Shown piece by piece: positions 27,778-35,538 of a DNA stretch of 64,000 bases. Location of the stretch: IMG/VR virus record IMGVR_UViG_3300032265_001317, positions 1-64,000 of that record; one strand, written 5' to 3'. The position numbers were made by a program, and so were the translations under genes. Each line of letters opens with the position of its first letter. Position 1 is the first letter of the stretch. The DNA is from a virus. The notes beneath the pieces are model-generated. The model had not been told where the DNA came from. It was given only the letters and a program-made list of their open reading frames with translations, and did not search any database.

Positions 27778-29510
27778 GCGGCTGGCGGAGGAGTTGGACT
27801 TCCAGATCCAGGTGCTCCACCTGTGGCATCTGCACCCATTTCGCCTCCCATTTCTTCTGGAGGTGGCGAACTTGTGTCACTTAACCCACCAATATCACCT
27901 GACATGTTGTTAGCAGTGATGCCAGATCCACGTAGTTCTGCACTAGCGGACAGTTTAGCGCCTTCATCGACGTTTTCTTCTTTCCACATGCTTTCGTTTT
28001 CTGCAACTTCTTCAGCTGTCATGCCCAAGAAACGTTTCATAGCAAAGCGTTTTGATACAAATGGTACAGCAACCATGGTACTGAATGTAGTTACACGGGC
28101 CGTGTCCATTTCTGCTTGACGATAACTTGCAAAGTTTTGTGGAGGATTGAACTGAATATCAAAGATATTAGGGTCAATGTTAATACCTTTCTTGTTTAGA
28201 TACAGCTTGAACTCAAGATCAAACTGTTCGTTCATTAGGGTTTGTAGTCGTTCGCAGTATTTGTTAAATCTAAGCTCTTGAATGTACGCGGTTCCAACTC
28301 GACCATCATTGAAGTTAGATCCTCCATCGTCAGAGCCGGTAGGTAGATAAGAACTAGGTATGCGTAAAGCACGGAACAACTTATTAGTAAAATACTTAAG
28401 ATCATCAATTTCCCCTAAATTTTGTCCACCTTGCAGGATTTCAACTTTGCTTCCGCGACCTTCTGCTGTTTGTGGAAAGAAATAGTCTTCGTTTATGCTT
28501 AATGGATTGTATCCACTGTCAATAACACTTTGACTACCACCTGTGCTACTGGGAATTCTACGTTGATTCACTTCGTTTTTAACACGTTCAACAAATCCCA
28601 TTGCCAAATGACTTGGCATATTACCTACGTCAATGTAAAATACTCTACGTTCAGGAGCACGTTGTACACGATAGATAATGATACTGTCTTCCAACAGTTC
28701 TTTCTGTTTGAATACTTTGAAAATACTTTCTAAAAGGCTGTTACCAAACGGAAAGTTGTTGTCAATACCTTCGCTCATGCTAATATGAATCACATGTTTA
28801 GCATCAATTGCGTATTGATTTTGATTTTGACTAAAACGACCACCAGTGGTGCTGGTAGGAAATGCTCCAACCATGCCACGACTTCCACCTGCTCCGCCTT
28901 GACCTGTGCCGTAACTTCCACCAAATGTGCTTCCACCACCTTGCACATTGCTAGGTTGTATAGCTGTTGTAGCAAGTGTTTCTAAGTTAGGATTAAAATC
29001 ACGTATCATGTATTGTTCTGGCTTCTTGCCATCGCTTTCGTTTACAATGATTTTATCTACCTTGGCAGGATCTATATACATCCATGCCAGTGTTTCTGGA
29101 TCACGTACAAAAAAACTGTCACCGTATTTGAACGCATTACGTACAATTTTAAAAATACGCTTGTCAAACTTGTTGAGCTTGGTCCATTGTTGCAGGGCCT
29201 TCTTGATAATCTTGATTTCTGTGCCGGTTGCCTTCTCTTTGAAGAAAGTTTGAAACGGTGTACGATTTTCATCGTTTGTTTGTGAACAGAACTCAGCCAA
29301 AATATCCAATGCCGCATTAACTTCTGAGTCTGCATCCATTGTATCATACTGTCCATAACGTTCTAAACGATTTGGATGGCCAGCATAGATATCTGGCAGA
29401 TAACTGCTGTAATTCATTCTAGCTGGATTTGCTGATCCACCCATTGATCCACTTATTGGACTTAGATTACCTTTGGTAGCTACGGGTGTAAAATACTTTT
29501 TCCAAGACAT
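27774..29510 (-). CDS. gp20: Portal vertex protein, gp20-like
   Basis: LLEDSIIIYRVQRAPERRVFYIDVGNMP, EDYFFP, GGQNLGEIDDLKYF...LFRALRIPSS motifs. Confidence 0.95.
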   Translation of the reverse strand: MSWKKYFTPVATKGNLSPISGSMGGSANPARMNYSSYLPDIYAGHPNRLERYGQYDTMDADSEVNAALDILAEFCSQTNDENRTPFQTFFKEKATGTEIKIIKKALQQWTKLNKFDKRIFKIVRNAFKYGDSFFVRDPETLAWMYIDPAKVDKIIVNESDGKKPEQYMIRDFNPNLETLATTAIQPSNVQGGGSTFGGSYGTGQGGAGGSRGMVGAFPTSTTGGRFSQNQNQYAIDAKHVIHISMSEGIDNNFPFGNSLLESIFKVFKQKELLEDSIIIYRVQRAPERRVFYIDVGNMPSHLAMGFVERVKNEVNQRRIPSSTGGSQSVIDSGYNPLSINEDYFFPQTAEGRGSKVEILQGGQNLGEIDDLKYFTNKLFRALRIPSSYLPTGSDDGGSNFNDGRVGTAYIQELRFNKYCERLQTLMNEQFDLEFKLYLNKKGINIDPNIFDIQFNPPQNFASYRQAEMDTARVTTFSTMVAVPFVSKRFAMKRFLGMTAEEVAENESMWKEENVDEGAKLSASAELRGSGITANNMSGDIGGLSDTSSPPPEEMGGEMGADATGGAPGSGSPTPPPAA

Positions 29511-29523
29511 GTAATTTTCCTAA

Positions 29524-31833
29524 TTATGCAAATGCATCGCCGGACATGCCTTTTAAAGCATCATTATTACGTTTTGTGTAATCCGTCATTTCGGCTATGT
29601 ATGATAGCATTTGTTTGTTTTGTGTATTTAACATGTTCATTAGGCTAGTGATAGCTTTATCGGATTCCCCTGTACGGGCTAGTAGAGCCGCAATGCTGTC
29701 ATTGGATACCACGTTGCCGCTGGCTCCTACGTTTAATAACTCTGGGCCTTTTTCACCAACTAGATAGCTACCTGCATTGATTGGACCGCCACTGGCTTTG
29801 GGCTGTGGCATAACCGGTTTTACAATATCGTTGAAATCTTTATCTTTTACTAGTCCTTCTTTTTTGATGTCGTCAATTTGCCTTGTATAGGCTTTGACAT
29901 CATTTTCGGCTATCTTTCTTTCAAACCAAGTTGAATTCTTATTTTCTAGTACTTTTTGATTTTCAGCTAGCTTTGCAACTGCTTCTTTTAATTCTCTCTC
30001 AGCTTGTTCTTCTTTGCTACCTGAACCAAACAGCATCCTACCAAATGTGGTATTTCTTGATTCTTTGACAATAAAGTCAAGTACATCTTTGAATACTGCT
30101 CCCATACCTTTTTTAATATCATCCCAAAATCCCATTATCGCTGGCTTGATATCTTTGGCCCAAAAATCCTTGATTGCTGTACCTACTGGTCCATCCATGA
30201 ATTCCTTATAGGTCTTTTTAATATTATTCCATGCTTCGGTTGCTTTAGATGATAACGTATCAAAAAATTCTTTTGAAGTTTTTGCATTGCCAAGATCTTT
30301 GAACGCACTTCCAAGCCAGCCAGTAACATCGCCGAATGATTTTATTAATCCGTCTAACATTCCCGATAGTGGACCACCGTCCTTTGTTAAACCTTCGGCC
30401 ATTTTCATAAATGTTTCGCTATAGCCCACCAGTTGTGTTGTTACCGGACCAAGCACTTTGTTCATCATAGCAGTTAAACCATTACCAAAATTCTGTATCG
30501 ATTGATTAGCTTGTCCTAGTGCCGCGGCATTACCAGCACCTTGTTCGTCTTGACGTTTTTTTGCATTTTCATAAGCTTCGGCTATGGTAATATTGCCTTT
30601 TCTTAATTGTTGACCCATATTGATCATAGGTGCGCCAACATTGGTAAACATTTCGGCGTTCACTGCACGTTGTTGATCTGTCATACTGTTACTCCAATCA
30701 ACAATATTACCGCTGGCCTTTCCTAATTTGTCTAACATTATTTTTTTTGCTTCTTCGGGAGAGTATCCTTTAATAACTAACTCTCTAGAAAGCTGTGCAA
30801 TTTCTGTATACATGCCTCTGCTGGCTGTGTTTAAATCCTGTCCGGCTTTAGTGGTTGGTCCAATAATACCTTGACTTCCTAACTTGATAGCATCGGCTAC
30901 CCCAGGTCCAAATGTGGCGCTAACAGTTTCTAACGAATCTAATACTGCCTTACCACCTTTGTCAAGACTACCTTTAAATAGCTGGAAGCCTTGGTCATTC
31001 ATATTCTTTTTAAGTATGGCTTCAACATCAGCTTTTTGTATACCTGTTAATTTTGTCAATCCATCAAGCTCAACCAAATAATCTTTTGTTTTTTCTGCTA
31101 GCTGGTCAGATGTCAACGCATTTTTAGTACCCATGATACCTTGCCTAGCAATAACCATAGCTAGTCCAGCACCGGCCTCATCTGCTGTGTATCCTAGACC
31201 AAAAAGTTGTTTAGAAAATTTACTGCCAGGCCCTAACAATGCTCCGCTAGCTTGAGTAAATTTATCTATTCCGCTTTGCACATCAAACCCCATGGTTGAA
31301 AATATTTCACCGTTTTGACTTACGATTGCAGAAAATCCTTGCAATGATAATCCCGACTTGGCGGCCGCTGTACTCATGGCAAATAGATCTCCGCCAAAGC
31401 TGGCACCAGCTTTGGTCATGTTTCTATAAAATCCAGCAAGTTTATCCGCATAGTCAAAAACTTCTGCAATAATAGGAGCCAATCTACCCAGTAAAGGAAT
31501 ATCCTTAAACACCAACGCCAGTTGTCCCAGGGAAGCAGTACCATTCATTGCGGCTTTGGAAAAATCATAGAAATTGCCAGCTAAATCTGTTGCAGTGCCA
31601 ACAATGCCGCCAATTACAGTACCTAGTAGATTAAACGGAACAGCTATTGCTTTGGCCGCAAGTCCTGCAACACTAAAACTGCTAGCGGCCGAGGAGGCTG
31701 CTGACGCCAATCCACCAGTTGGACTATTAGTAGCGGTGCCACCAGACGCTTTGATAAAATTTGATAAGTTTACGTTCATGGCCTTAGCCACTAATAGTAG
31801 TTCTTGTAGTGTAGCTTCTGATGCACCGTTCAT
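29524..31833 (-). CDS. Probable tape measure protein (769 aa)
   Basis: Ala/Gly-rich helical protein with W/F-periodic segment; C-terminal ASGGPI..YLVGEKGPELL motif typical of tape-measure C-termini. Confidence 0.65.
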   Translation of the reverse strand: MNGASEATLQELLLVAKAMNVNLSNFIKASGGTATNSPTGGLASAASSAASSFSVAGLAAKAIAVPFNLLGTVIGGIVGTATDLAGNFYDFSKAAMNGTASLGQLALVFKDIPLLGRLAPIIAEVFDYADKLAGFYRNMTKAGASFGGDLFAMSTAAAKSGLSLQGFSAIVSQNGEIFSTMGFDVQSGIDKFTQASGALLGPGSKFSKQLFGLGYTADEAGAGLAMVIARQGIMGTKNALTSDQLAEKTKDYLVELDGLTKLTGIQKADVEAILKKNMNDQGFQLFKGSLDKGGKAVLDSLETVSATFGPGVADAIKLGSQGIIGPTTKAGQDLNTASRGMYTEIAQLSRELVIKGYSPEEAKKIMLDKLGKASGNIVDWSNSMTDQQRAVNAEMFTNVGAPMINMGQQLRKGNITIAEAYENAKKRQDEQGAGNAAALGQANQSIQNFGNGLTAMMNKVLGPVTTQLVGYSETFMKMAEGLTKDGGPLSGMLDGLIKSFGDVTGWLGSAFKDLGNAKTSKEFFDTLSSKATEAWNNIKKTYKEFMDGPVGTAIKDFWAKDIKPAIMGFWDDIKKGMGAVFKDVLDFIVKESRNTTFGRMLFGSGSKEEQAERELKEAVAKLAENQKVLENKNSTWFERKIAENDVKAYTRQIDDIKKEGLVKDKDFNDIVKPVMPQPKASGGPINAGSYLVGEKGPELLNVGASGNVVSNDSIAALLARTGESDKAITSLMNMLNTQNKQMLSYIAEMTDYTKRNNDALKGMSGDAFA

Positions 31834-31849
31834 ATATTAAATTTGGCCA

Positions 31850-31896
31850 TTAAATAGGTAGATAAATAGAATAACATAATCCTATTGATTATTTAT
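31850..31896. promoter_or_regulatory. Face-to-face late promoter boxes serving divergent genes
   Basis: Plus strand TTAAATA 31850-31856 and ATAAATA 31862-31868; minus strand ATAAATA 31890-31896. Confidence 0.55.
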
Positions 31897-31909
31897 CGGA
31901 GAAAAAACC

Positions 31910-32788
31910 ATGCAACCAACAACCTTTCCAACGCCAGGAGCAAGACAAAATCCGTTGACTAGCTACATGCGTCAACCAAAGATTTATATCAAATTGCCCA
32001 GCCAAGGAAACTATTGGCCTGCAAAAAGTATCAACATGCCCGAAAATGGTGAAATCCCAGTCTACTCAATGACAGCAAGAGATGAATTGGTATTCAAAAC
32101 TCCCGATGCATTGCTGAATGGACAAGCTGTAGTAGATGTTATTCAAAGTTGTATGCCAAATATCAAAGATGCATGGCAACTACCCAGCATCGATCTTGAC
32201 ATGATTTTAATTGCTATACGTTTGGCTACATATGGCGAAAAAATGACTATTAAACATACCATTCCTGTTATCAAAGAAGAAGTGGAATACGAAATTGATC
32301 TTAGAATGTTATTAGATCAACAGAGCCAAAATATCTGGGCTGAACAAGTAGCGATCGACGACAACATGATTGTGTACGTAAGACCTTTAACCTATAGACA
32401 CATAACCCAGGCCAGCATCAAGAGTTTTGAAACCAGCAGGATCATGAACATGGTCAACGATGAATCTATACCAGATGATAAAAAAATTGAAATGTTCCAA
32501 CAGAGCTTTGCCATATTGACCAAAGTCACAGTTGATATGCTCAGTGAAGGAATTTACAAAATAGTGACTCCGGACGCAGAAGTAACTGATAGGAAGTTTA
32601 TACAAGAGTTTGTTAATAACAGTGACAAGGTGGTGTTTGAAAAAATCAATCAACACTTATCTGAGATGAAAAAATTAAACGATCTTAAGCCTTTGCAGTT
32701 CTCTACCACTGACGAACAAAGAGCACAAGGTGCTCCAGAAAGCTACGAAGTACCTATTAACTTCAATCAATCAGATTTTTTCGCATAA
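31910..32788 (+). CDS. Baseplate hub/tail assembly protein, T4 gp26-like
   Basis: YIKLPSQG, MTARDEL, D..ILIAIRLATYGE motifs; C-terminal ...DFF; GGAG RBS. Confidence 0.75.
   Translation: MQPTTFPTPGARQNPLTSYMRQPKIYIKLPSQGNYWPAKSINMPENGEIPVYSMTARDELVFKTPDALLNGQAVVDVIQSCMPNIKDAWQLPSIDLDMILIAIRLATYGEKMTIKHTIPVIKEEVEYEIDLRMLLDQQSQNIWAEQVAIDDNMIVYVRPLTYRHITQASIKSFETSRIMNMVNDESIPDDKKIEMFQQSFAILTKVTVDMLSEGIYKIVTPDAEVTDRKFIQEFVNNSDKVVFEKINQHLSEMKKLNDLKPLQFSTTDEQRAQGAPESYEVPINFNQSDFFA
32776..32782 (+). other. Candidate -1 programmed ribosomal frameshift heptamer T-TTT-TTC
   Basis: In-phase X-XXY-YYZ heptamer just before the stop; the -1 frame is open into ORF 32794-33012. Confidence 0.6.
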
Positions 32789-32793
32789 GGCTT

Positions 32794-33012
32794 TTGACTT
32801 TAACACTTGACGAAATCCAGGAAGTAGTTACAGAGTTAGAAAAAGAGTCAAAAGCCATTAAAGAAGAAATTTACAAACTAGCCTGGTACATGCGCGGTGC
32901 TATTAGCATCACAGAAGCATACACACTTGACACTCAAGACAGAGAAATCTTGAACAAGATTATCGTGGATAATTTACAGACTGCTAAAGAAACAGGGTTG
33001 CCGTTTTTTTAA
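32794..33012 (+). CDS. gp51-like small hub/tail assembly chaperone; probably a frameshift extension of the upstream ORF
   Basis: YKLAWYMRGAISITEAYTL...REIL pattern; only a TTG start with a poorly spaced RBS. Confidence 0.65.
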   Translation: MTLTLDEIQEVVTELEKESKAIKEEIYKLAWYMRGAISITEAYTLDTQDREILNKIIVDNLQTAKETGLPFF

Positions 33013-34133
33013 ATTTCAATACCCAAGAATCTACTTTGGTATCCGACACGACTTTCACTTAACCCACCTTGGTGTAATTTTAAGTTAGGTTTTCCATCTG
33101 TACCAGTTGCCTGTGTTTGATCTGCTGGTTCGGCTTGCGATTGTGCTGGTTGTTCCTGTTCTGGGTGAATAGTATTAAAGTACCCTAATACTTTTTTAGC
33201 GTCATCAGATGAAAATGCCGCAACTACTTGATGTAAATCTAGCATAGACATCAATGCACCACGTGCCATTTGATAATCTTGTTTCATGTGTGTCGGTATT
33301 GCCGCTACTTTTCCGGCGGCTGTTGCTAATGCACCCGGAGTGGCTTTAGCTATATCTGCGGCTTTGCTAGCACCTGTCTTTATACCTTGTACTGCTTGCG
33401 TACCTAGCTTACCGGCAATACGACCAGCTTTGGTCATTGTACCTGTATTAGGATTTTTAGAAAGATTGGTTGCTCTAGTTGGATCGTTGTACCCAAACTT
33501 GGCACCTTTTACAAAGTTACCAATACCTTTTTTAGCATTGCTGGCCATACCTTTGAGATCAAATTCGTCAAGTTCTAGACTTTCTCCCATGGCCACTCGT
33601 TTCTGCAACATTGTTCTAACTCGTTCAACATCGTCGCCTTTTAGGTGTTGTAACGATGTTAATAAACTTTTATCGCTTAGTGGATTCGCTACTTCAGCTG
33701 ATTTTGGTGCAGATACATCACCAGCATTGCCCATAGCGTTTGAACCCGATACAGCAGTGGAAGCACCTGTGTTATTATTTACAGCTGGAGTACCTGATAC
33801 CGCCGGAGATGATCCTGTGTTATTTGGCACAGCAGTATTACCAGTTGCCGCTGTGTTATTTGAATTATTATATGATTGTGACGAACTTCCGCCATCAAGC
33901 TGATCAGCTTGTGCTCTAAGTTTTTGTGCTTTGGCTTGATTAATAGCCTGTTTGCTGTCACCACTTACTGCACTTCTACCTGCGGTATATCCTTTACCAA
34001 ATGCATCACCAGCGCCACGGATTCCACCTACTACAGCACCAGCACCTTTGGCTAGTCCTCCAGCAATAGAACCTATAGCACTTCCAATACCTTCTTCAGT
34101 ATTGCTTTCTAAAATAATATCATTGATACGCAT
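33009..34133 (-). CDS. Hypothetical low-complexity late protein, probable head-internal protein (374 aa)
   Basis: Late box at 34162-34168 and AAGGA RBS; MRINDIILES start; A/G/K-rich. Confidence 0.7.
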   Translation of the reverse strand: MRINDIILESNTEEGIGSAIGSIAGGLAKGAGAVVGGIRGAGDAFGKGYTAGRSAVSGDSKQAINQAKAQKLRAQADQLDGGSSSQSYNNSNNTAATGNTAVPNNTGSSPAVSGTPAVNNNTGASTAVSGSNAMGNAGDVSAPKSAEVANPLSDKSLLTSLQHLKGDDVERVRTMLQKRVAMGESLELDEFDLKGMASNAKKGIGNFVKGAKFGYNDPTRATNLSKNPNTGTMTKAGRIAGKLGTQAVQGIKTGASKAADIAKATPGALATAAGKVAAIPTHMKQDYQMARGALMSMLDLHQVVAAFSSDDAKKVLGYFNTIHPEQEQPAQSQAEPADQTQATGTDGKPNLKLHQGGLSESRVGYQSRFLGIEI

Positions 34134-34161
34134 AAAAGGAATTCCTTGTCTTATTAAATTT

Positions 34162-34168
34162 TATTTAT
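34162..34168 (-). promoter_or_regulatory. Late promoter box (ATAAATA)
   Basis: Upstream of the RBS of the 374-aa gene. Confidence 0.6.
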
Positions 34169-34174
34169 GTTATG

Positions 34175-34611
34175 AAATGAGCTAACGCTCATTTGCTATA
34201 TCGCTTACGCTCATAGCATTTTATCTTCTTTAGAAGATTTAAGTATTATCCAGATTCCTTGGTCACACTTCGCCCTGCACCGGGCGAAAAAATGACATTA
34301 TCCGAGTTCGAATAGTTCACACAGCGTTAGAGCATTACAGAGGCGGTCATCCGGTACCTCGAGCTCAGTCTTCATTGACGGCAGTTCATGTATATACGCT
34401 ATCATACACATAAACCCAGGGTTTTTCTCCCTTCTTTTGGCCTTTTATTACATTTTCAAACAATCAAACCGCGGCAATTTTGCGATCCTCGTCCTGTAAA
34501 GGATAGTGATTGAGTACTCTTAACGGCGAGAGATTTCCGTCCCTGCGATCCGAGATCCAGGTTTAGAGCGCATGAAGTTGGCCTGCGCAAGCTGTTACCG
34601 TCTAGTGAGCC
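34175..34611 (-). ncRNA. Putative large structured non-coding RNA downstream of the GIY-YIG gene (family not recognised)
   Basis: Largest non-coding gap in the window; more than 10 helices including nested long-range pairs and a 14-bp stem with G-U wobbles only on the minus strand. Confidence 0.6.
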
Positions 34612-35039
34612 TAAGTTTTTTTGATTATGTGTGAGCCATGTACACGGACTTGTATGTGTCCATTGTAGTATTCGTCGGATTCTAATACCTTGCGGTCGAA
34701 TTGTTCTCGGGCCTCAATGTAAGATGTTTCTGATTTGCTAGTACAATAATATAATATTTCGCGGGTAAATTTATCTATGCCTAGTTGTGTGATGTCTGCT
34801 GTTAAGTTAGGACTGGACCCGTAATATTCCTGCCAGTCACTGTCGATTTTGCTTCGAATTTTCTTTTTCTTCTTGGTGCCGTTCTTTAACTTTACAGTCT
34901 TGTAGGTCGTTTTACTAAACTTTGCTAATTTTTTGCCAATATATTTCCGCCCCGTAACTGTGTTAGTAATAAGATAAACAAAACCAACACATGTTTCAGG
35001 TAACTCTGTAACTATAGCACCTTGATACAGCCAAGTCAA
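34611..35039 (-). CDS. Minimal GIY-YIG family endonuclease (142 aa) with a Lys-rich insertion
   Basis: GFVYLITN...KYIGKK, YYGSS, FTREIL, candidate catalytic E in SYIE, YYN; TTG start abutting the upstream stop. Confidence 0.8.
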   Translation of the reverse strand: MTWLYQGAIVTELPETCVGFVYLITNTVTGRKYIGKKLAKFSKTTYKTVKLKNGTKKKKKIRSKIDSDWQEYYGSSPNLTADITQLGIDKFTREILYYCTSKSETSYIEAREQFDRKVLESDEYYNGHIQVRVHGSHIIKKT

Positions 35040-35237
35040 TTACTTTGCTGCCTTGGCTTCCTTGCGGGCATTCTTTTCAGCTGTGATTTCGTTGCGACGA
35101 GCTTTGACTAGTTTGCCTAGTTCTGCTAATGCCTTGCGACTGCGTGTGCCAGCGGCACTGTTACCACCGGTAAACTTAGCATCTTCTGCTAGGAATTCTG
35201 CAAAAGCGGCTTGTAGTTGTGTATTGGTATCATTCAT
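35040..35237 (-). CDS. Hc1 (histone H1-like) family small DNA-binding protein
   Basis: GNSAAGTRSRKAL.EL.KL matches the Hc1-type GNKAAGTRARK motif. Confidence 0.7.
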   Translation of the reverse strand: MNDTNTQLQAAFAEFLAEDAKFTGGNSAAGTRSRKALAELGKLVKARRNEITAEKNARKEAKAAK

Positions 35238-35538
35238 GTTTATTCTCTTTTTTATTATGAACCCTGGGCGGTGAGTTTAATTTTCGAAGTGCAACAGTTT
35301 CTTTTTTTAAACGTCTGGCTTCGGCCCTTCCTTTTTTCTCAATTAGAAATAAATCCCAAACTAATGAGAGCATCTCTTTCTCTGTCTTTCTAAGTTCTCT
35401 CAACATCCTTCTAAGATCTTGAGCTCCTAGTTCTGTAGTTTTTTTTAAGAAATCTTGATTCCTGTTATGATAGTTGGCAATGGTGGTAACCATGCTGTTG
35501 TATAATTCTTTATATCTTTCAAGTTCAGGATTCGACAT
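35230..35538 (-). CDS. Hypothetical basic helical protein (102 aa)
   Basis: Overlaps both neighbours in the operon; K/R-rich. Confidence 0.65.
   Translation of the reverse strand: MSNPELERYKELYNSMVTTIANYHNRNQDFLKKTTELGAQDLRRMLRELRKTEKEMLSLVWDLFLIEKKGRAEARRLKKETVALRKLNSPPRVHNKKENKHE

Noticed and set aside
34175-34611. Identification of the structured element as tmRNA, RNase P RNA, tRNA or a group I/II intron
   Set aside because: No tRNA-like acceptor/T-arm ends, no RNase P GAGGAAAGUCC core, no recognisable intron core motifs by eye, and it does not interrupt a gene; an Rfam scan is still needed
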